From Candidatus Bathyarchaeota archaeon (GTDB lineage Archaea > Thermoproteota > Bathyarchaeia > 40CM-2-53-6 > RBG-13-38-9): a DNA stretch of 64,000 nucleotides. Where the stretch lies: NCBI GenBank assembly GCA_963807605.1, contig CAWECG010000003.1, positions 672,001 through 736,000 of the forward strand, read 5' to 3'. A program made the translations under genes and the position numbers. Within the stretch, counting starts at the first letter, position 1. Every line of letters begins with the position of its first letter. Positions 59,096 to 64,000 of this stretch are shown one piece after another. The notes under the pieces are model-generated. The model saw only the letters and a list, made by a program, of their open reading frames with translations, was not told the DNA's origin and did no database searches.

Positions 59096-59866
59096 TTGGT
59101 CTCCAAGACTGCCGCTACGCTAGGTCGTCATCGAAAACTCGCCGTAGTAGTCCTGATATTTATCTTGGCCATGTTGTTCTCACTCGAATACCTCGAAGAC
59201 ATTGCGGAGATAGGTGGCACTCAAGGAACTCAATTACTAGTTTCCTTTGCAGCCTCTCTGCAAATTGGTGCTATTGGTTTCGCTTCTAGTGCTGGTTACG
59301 GTGGCATATTCATCTTAATGTTGCTGGAGGCTGCGGCTTTGCCCGTGCCTAGCGAGATAATCTTGCCCTTTGCAGGGTATTTGGTTTGGAAAGGGACTCT
59401 AAGTTTCTGGCCTGTGGTATTGTTGAGTGTTGTTGCAGCGCTTATCGGGTCTTTCGTAGACTATTATATTGGATGGATAATTGGTGCGCCTCTTCTTACA
59501 TCAAAAAAGATACCATTCGTTAGTTCTGATCATCTTCAAAGAATTCACATGTGGTTCAATCGCTATGGAACTGGGGCTGTGGCTCTTTTCCGTTTGGTTC
59601 CAGCAGCGAGAGTTCTTATCTCATTTCCAGCCGGAGCCTATAGGATGAGCAGGCCAAAATTTGTAATATACACTGCTCTAGGTTGTCTGACTTGGAATTT
59701 TATACTTGTCTATTTAGGTTGGTTGCTTGGATCATCTTGGAGTAGAGTCGTTGAAGCCTTCAGATATTTAGATCTCGTCGCCTACGCTCTTCTTATCCTT
59801 CTTTCAGCTTACGTTTGCTGGATCCTAGCGTTAAAAAGTCAATGGTTTCAACGCAGATCTTGGTGA
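59096..59866 (+). CDS. DedA family membrane protein
   Basis: PVPSE..LPFAG, FRLVP..R.LISFPAG. Confidence 0.9.
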   Translation: MVSKTAATLGRHRKLAVVVLIFILAMLFSLEYLEDIAEIGGTQGTQLLVSFAASLQIGAIGFASSAGYGGIFILMLLEAAALPVPSEIILPFAGYLVWKGTLSFWPVVLLSVVAALIGSFVDYYIGWIIGAPLLTSKKIPFVSSDHLQRIHMWFNRYGTGAVALFRLVPAARVLISFPAGAYRMSRPKFVIYTALGCLTWNFILVYLGWLLGSSWSRVVEAFRYLDLVAYALLILLSAYVCWILALKSQWFQRRSW

Positions 59867-60048
59867 TTACACGCGCCTTGGAAATATGTGCACTACCTTG
59901 AGCGCGCGCTCACCTTTGTATTCCGATGTCATCTCCATTCTCTAGGGTCGAAGGTTGCATCGCAACCGCCTTCTCTATTATTAGTGTGTGCGGCCTCCTC
60001 GAGCCTCAGAGCTTGTTCTATCTCGGGTGAACTGAAAAGCGCCTGTGT

Positions 60049-60597
60049 CTACCTCCGCCATTTCTTTTTGATTGGCATTGCGAAGATTTCCCGGATTTCT
60101 AATCTTTTTTGTATGTCTGGGCCAAGCATATCGGCCGTCGACGTTGCTCTAACAATAGCAGCTGAGTCGGAGCCGCCTCCTGTGCCGCCCACCGCAATCA
60201 CATCCTGTCCGGGAGGAGTTATCCCCTTATCCACCGCGATGAGAACCACCTCGACACAGACTTTCATCCCCTGACCGAAGGTGTAAAATGTATTTCTGAC
60301 CAAATCCTTTCCAACCTCATGTAGGGGCAGATAGTTCTCAAAATTGCAGATGGTCACCCCTCGATTCCTAAGCTCTTTAATATTTTCAGGCGCAATCTTT
60401 TTCCATGAAACTGCTATCAACTTTGCTTTTTCCCTAAGAGCCTTGCCGAATTGAATCGCAGTCTTACCCGTTGAGCTGGCTATGATAACGGTCTTAATTC
60501 CTGTCTCATCGATTTTCTCAGAAACTGCCTGAATCACAGATTCAGTATTCTTAGAACCGGGCTCATCAAAACACAAAGTCTTACTGATCCTATTCAT
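60049..60597 (-). CDS. Pyruvate kinase C-terminal (alpha/beta) domain protein
   Basis: F.EPG.KNT, ASSTGKTA, FGQGMKVCVE, AVGGTGGGSD. Confidence 0.82.
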   Translation of the reverse strand: MNRISKTLCFDEPGSKNTESVIQAVSEKIDETGIKTVIIASSTGKTAIQFGKALREKAKLIAVSWKKIAPENIKELRNRGVTICNFENYLPLHEVGKDLVRNTFYTFGQGMKVCVEVVLIAVDKGITPPGQDVIAVGGTGGGSDSAAIVRATSTADMLGPDIQKRLEIREIFAMPIKKKWRR

Positions 60598-60809
60598 TTT
60601 CACCCATCCTCCTTGAAGGCCTCGCATGACCCTTCAAGGATAAAATGTTTTCACTTGGTTATTCCCATCAGCTCTTGAAACCTTATATGTGCAAGTGCCA
60701 GGTTCACAAACACGAGCCATGACCTCTTTTCACCAAGGCGCGCCAAAACTAAAAGTATAAAATGCCCCGTCGGACTCAGCGTGAGAAAGAAGATACGGGT
60801 CGGGGTCGC

Positions 60810-61781
60810 GTGATAAACAGAGTCTACTCGAATCTGTACCGGATCGAAGTTCCTCTTCCACAGAATCCCCTCAGAGCCACCAATTCCTATGTCATTAAGG
60901 GCCAAGATCGGAATCTGATAATTGACACAGGCTTTAATCTACCAGAATGTATGAATGCAATGCGCTCAGGACTGAATGAACTTGATGTCTCTCTAAGAGA
61001 GACAGACTTTTTCATAACACATATGCATTCAGATCACCTAGATCTCCTGTGGGCTCTCCCTACAGCCTCCTCGACAATATACCTCAGCAAGCCAGACGCC
61101 GAAACCGTAAGATCAAGTGACAAGTGGGTTGAGGTTAGGCGACATTTCGCCCGCATAAGCGGCTTCCCAGAAAATGTTCTTCAGGAGATTATCGAAAAGT
61201 ATTCCCCTCACAGACACCGTCGAGGCGATCCGCCGAAATTCACGACCATCAAGGAAGGAGACAAAATAAGCATCAATGAGTTTGTATTCGAATGTGTGGA
61301 GACTCCCGGCCACAGTAAAGGCCACATGTGTCTTTATGAATCGGAGAGAAAAATCCTCTTTTCAGGAGATCATATACTTAAGGGCATCTCTCCCAACATC
61401 TCGCTATGGCAATATGATTGGAATCCCCTTGAGAGGTATCTGGAAAGCCTAGACAAAATGTATAAGTTTGATGTAGAACTCGTCCTGCCTGGTCATAGGA
61501 GTCCCTTTAAGGACTGCAAAAAGAGGATTGAAGAACTCAAAAACCACCATCAGATAAGGATTAAGGAGATTTTATCTATTTTAGGAAATGAAGGTAAGGA
61601 TGCCTTCAAGATTGCGTCAGAAATGAGTTGGGATATGACCTACGACTCTTGGGACCTATTCCCGCCTCCGCAGAAATTATTCGCTACCACAGAAGCCCTA
61701 TCTCACCTGAAATTTCTCGACGACAAAGGCTTGGTACATAGACAGATGCATGACCAAAGAATGTTATTTTCACTGAAATAG
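60810..61781 (+). CDS. Metallo-beta-lactamase fold hydrolase
   Basis: IDTG, THMHSDH, TPGHSKGH, SGDH, PGH. Start approximate. Confidence 0.88.
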   Translation: MINRVYSNLYRIEVPLPQNPLRATNSYVIKGQDRNLIIDTGFNLPECMNAMRSGLNELDVSLRETDFFITHMHSDHLDLLWALPTASSTIYLSKPDAETVRSSDKWVEVRRHFARISGFPENVLQEIIEKYSPHRHRRGDPPKFTTIKEGDKISINEFVFECVETPGHSKGHMCLYESERKILFSGDHILKGISPNISLWQYDWNPLERYLESLDKMYKFDVELVLPGHRSPFKDCKKRIEELKNHHQIRIKEILSILGNEGKDAFKIASEMSWDMTYDSWDLFPPPQKLFATTEALSHLKFLDDKGLVHRQMHDQRMLFSLK

Positions 61782-61814
61782 AATGAAGAGTACGCGTGCT
61801 CGTAGTATATGTAT

Positions 61815-62210
61815 TTACAGTATATCTTTCTTAAAATCTAGCGAGATCGAGTTCACACAGTATCTTTTGCCAGTTGGAGGGGGGCCGTCGTCAAACAGAT
61901 GTCCTAGATGACTTCCACATTTCTTGCACACAACCTCTATGCGATTCATTCCAAAACTATGGTCTGGGTGGAGTTCAACAGCATCTTGTGAAACATCAAA
62001 AAAGCTTGGCCAACCGGTTCCAGAGTTGTATTTCTTGTCCGACTCAAACAATTTGTTACCACAACCCTTGCAAAAATAGACTCCTTTGCCCTTATTATCG
62101 TAGTATTTTCCTGTAAAAGCTGGTTCCGTCCCTTTTTCTCTTAGGACGTGATACTCTTCAGGTGTCAACTTTCGTCTCCATTCTTCTTCGGATGACCTAT
62201 TTGTTGTCAT
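61815..62210 (-). CDS. msrB: Peptide methionine-R-sulfoxide reductase
   Basis: GTE.AF.G, CxxC twice, SGTGWPSF, HLGHLF.DGP, RYCVNS. Confidence 0.95.
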   Translation of the reverse strand: MTTNRSSEEEWRRKLTPEEYHVLREKGTEPAFTGKYYDNKGKGVYFCKGCGNKLFESDKKYNSGTGWPSFFDVSQDAVELHPDHSFGMNRIEVVCKKCGSHLGHLFDDGPPPTGKRYCVNSISLDFKKDIL

Positions 62211-62346
62211 CGTTCATACGCACCGAAGTACTAGTTAGGTTAGGGATTTCATCAATAAAGATGATTCCCTTAGTGCCGGTAACGACTGACGAACACATTA
62301 CACGTGCGTGATTTTGCTTATTACCACAACCGCGCGTTCATTTTGA

Positions 62347-62697
62347 CTAGAGTTTATTTCTAACCTCAGGGAAGTCATGTTTGGATGTTCTTATCGTCTT
62401 ATGCAAAGCTGATAGTACTATGGCTTTATTTTCGCAGAAGGGCCTATGTTCTGTGTCCCGTTTCACTGTAATGCATTCCCCTCGATTCAGGACTACTTTG
62501 AATTCCTTGGTCTCCAAAGTAAAGCTGCCCTCAAGGACTAGAAAGAATTCATCTCTTGGATGCGTGTGCCAGAGAAAAGTACCTTTGAATAAGGCTATTC
62601 TTACAAGGTATTCTCCGTCCAGCTCTGCCAAATCAAATGGTGAGAAGGCGTCTAATGTAGCAGCTATTTTATGAACGTTGTATCTCTCACTTGACAT
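62347..62697 (-). CDS. Cupin domain protein
   Basis: FLWHTHPRDEFFLVLEG...EHRP. Confidence 0.85.
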   Translation of the reverse strand: MSSERYNVHKIAATLDAFSPFDLAELDGEYLVRIALFKGTFLWHTHPRDEFFLVLEGSFTLETKEFKVVLNRGECITVKRDTEHRPFCENKAIVLSALHKTIRTSKHDFPEVRNKL

Positions 62698-62913
62698 ACC
62701 AATTCCACGCATAATGTCGGTATTCTTTTCACAATGCCCTAGCATTTATTGAATTTTTCCATATTACATAGAGTCAGTCGCGCGTGGGCCATACCGATTT
62801 CTAAACCAATAGTTCCGACCGTCGATGAATCAATTCTGAGAAAAGCTCGTAGTGTGACGACGGTCATGTTTTTAAGTTGAGAGAGCAGAACATCTAATTG
62901 GAGTAGCCTAATT

Positions 62914-63237
62914 ATGTTGTATGAGTGGCGAGTCTATGAGGTGTTGCCCGGCAAGATGGGCGAGTTGCATGCCCGGTTCCAGAACATCACATTGAAGTTT
63001 TTCGAGAAACATGGTATCAAGGTCGTTGGTTTCTGGGAGGCGGTCATCGGGGTGACGAACACATTATACTATATGCTCGTCTGGGAGAACATGGCACAAA
63101 GAGAGAAAGTGTGGAATTCCTTCCAGTCGGATCCTGCGTGGATCAAGGCTCGACAAGAGACGGAAAAGGAGGGCCCAATTGTCCAGAGAGTTGTCAACAC
63201 CCTTCTAAGCCCGACACCATACTCTTCTATGAGATAA
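62914..63237 (+). CDS. NIPSNAP family protein
   Basis: YEWRVYEVLPGK, FEKHG, W..F.SDP.W, LSPTPYS. Confidence 0.9.
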   Translation: MLYEWRVYEVLPGKMGELHARFQNITLKFFEKHGIKVVGFWEAVIGVTNTLYYMLVWENMAQREKVWNSFQSDPAWIKARQETEKEGPIVQRVVNTLLSPTPYSSMR

Positions 63238-63448
63238 GTGGGCCCTATGAGGTATCTATCACGCGTGCTGCAAACGATTTTGTGACCTTTGACTTTCCTT
63301 ATAGCAATTCGCGCTGGATGGGTGTTTAGCAGACTACCCGAGCACTACAACCTCTCCTTCAATCAAACGCGCACGTAAAACCTAAGATCAACGAAGCCTT
63401 CTTCATCTTTGCTGATACATCTACCACTTGGATAGCGAGGAAGTACGA

Positions 63449-64000
63449 ATGGTCAGAAAGATTGCCTTGCAAGTTCTTCCCGAAACTCTAGAAAGAGACC
63501 TTGAAAGATACAGACAGACGGCTATAGAGTTAGGCGCAACAGATGCGAAGATAATCCCATCCAGTCAAGTGATAATTGATGAGAGAGTTCGCTTGAAGTG
63601 CATCTACCCGAAATGTAAATGGTATGGAACAAACATCAACTGCCCTCCATATGCAGTCGATCTAGAGACAATGAAAAAAGCATTGATCAAATACAATCGT
63701 GCGATCTTCTTTATGCTAGAGACGCCCTCAAAAGATTTCGTCGGACCTGACGTAGTGAAACTAGGAACGCATGTTAAGTGGACAAGAAAAGTGTATGAAA
63801 TTACCTCAAGGATCGAGGCTGCAGCCTTTTATGATGGCTACCATCTTGCGACGGGATTCGCAGGCGGCCCATGCAAATCTATCTTCTGTCCCGATGAGGA
63901 TTGCTCAGCCCTGAAGACGGGAACTGGATGCAGACATTACCTGAAATCGCGCTCCGCTATGGAGGGCGTTGGAATGGATGTCTTCACTATGGCGACTAGG
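63449..64000 (+). CDS. DUF2284 metal-binding protein (partial, runs off the window)
   Basis: ATG 63449; ERVRLKCIYPKC..YG.N.NCPP, GPC...C...C, RSAMEGVGMDVF. Confidence 0.85.
   Translation, partial: MVRKIALQVLPETLERDLERYRQTAIELGATDAKIIPSSQVIIDERVRLKCIYPKCKWYGTNINCPPYAVDLETMKKALIKYNRAIFFMLETPSKDFVGPDVVKLGTHVKWTRKVYEITSRIEAAAFYDGYHLATGFAGGPCKSIFCPDEDCSALKTGTGCRHYLKSRSAMEGVGMDVFTMATR

Larger units (their letters stand above)
6237..63380. repeat. Dispersed short alternating-CG palindrome at module boundaries (consensus about W-A-R-CGCGCG-Y-T-W)
   Basis: Perfect palindromes at 6237, 10289, 13659, 20739, 33252, 37338, 58155 and 59899. Near-perfect copies include 8496, 9832, 10135, 10172, 15909, 19203, 23291, 29105, 31585, 32205, 33353, 40334, 40586, 40839, 46023, 50187, 51704, 55758, 55774, 58064 and 59043. 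Confidence 0.85.

Noticed and set aside
6237-63380. Classical integron (attC array) or CRISPR array as explanation of the repeats
   Set aside because: No GTTRRRY/RYYYAAC ends or long imperfect hairpins, genes lie in both orientations, there is no integrase in the window, and there is no constant repeat-spacer period.

Overview
Archaeal chromosomal window. Evidence for an archaeal origin: TATA/BRE promoters, GAGGTGA ribosome-binding sites, frequent TTG/GTG starts, an XPB-Bax1 pair, an aKMT homolog, a PEF-CTERM surface protein and a BHB-intron tRNA; a TACK/Bathyarchaeia-like origin is inferred, not shown. It is a patchwork of about 60 mostly accessory genes in short, randomly oriented modules. 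Modules include Mo/W uptake (TupA-ModA fusion, two ModA, ModC, ModE, Mop, a collapsed modB), redox genes (Grx + FTR-rubredoxin, flavoprotein, MsrB, nitroreductases), an ndhFSLM-like molybdenum hydroxylase, a vWA/FHA/Ser-Thr kinase/PP2C signalling cluster, XPB-Bax1, a stand-alone NurA-HerA pair, two orphan paralogous ABC solute-binding proteins, one IS element and a two-intron tRNA-Arg(CCT). The most striking unexplained signal is a short alternating CG palindrome (TAGCGCGCGCTA / TTACGCGCGCGTAA type, more than 50 copies by eye). It marks almost every boundary between transcription units but is not seen at junctions inside tight operons. Several gene fragments start or stop at it, and the IS is inserted into it. 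This suggests an undescribed palindromic recombination or cassette-junction system; that reading is inference, and no recombinase gene is present in the window.
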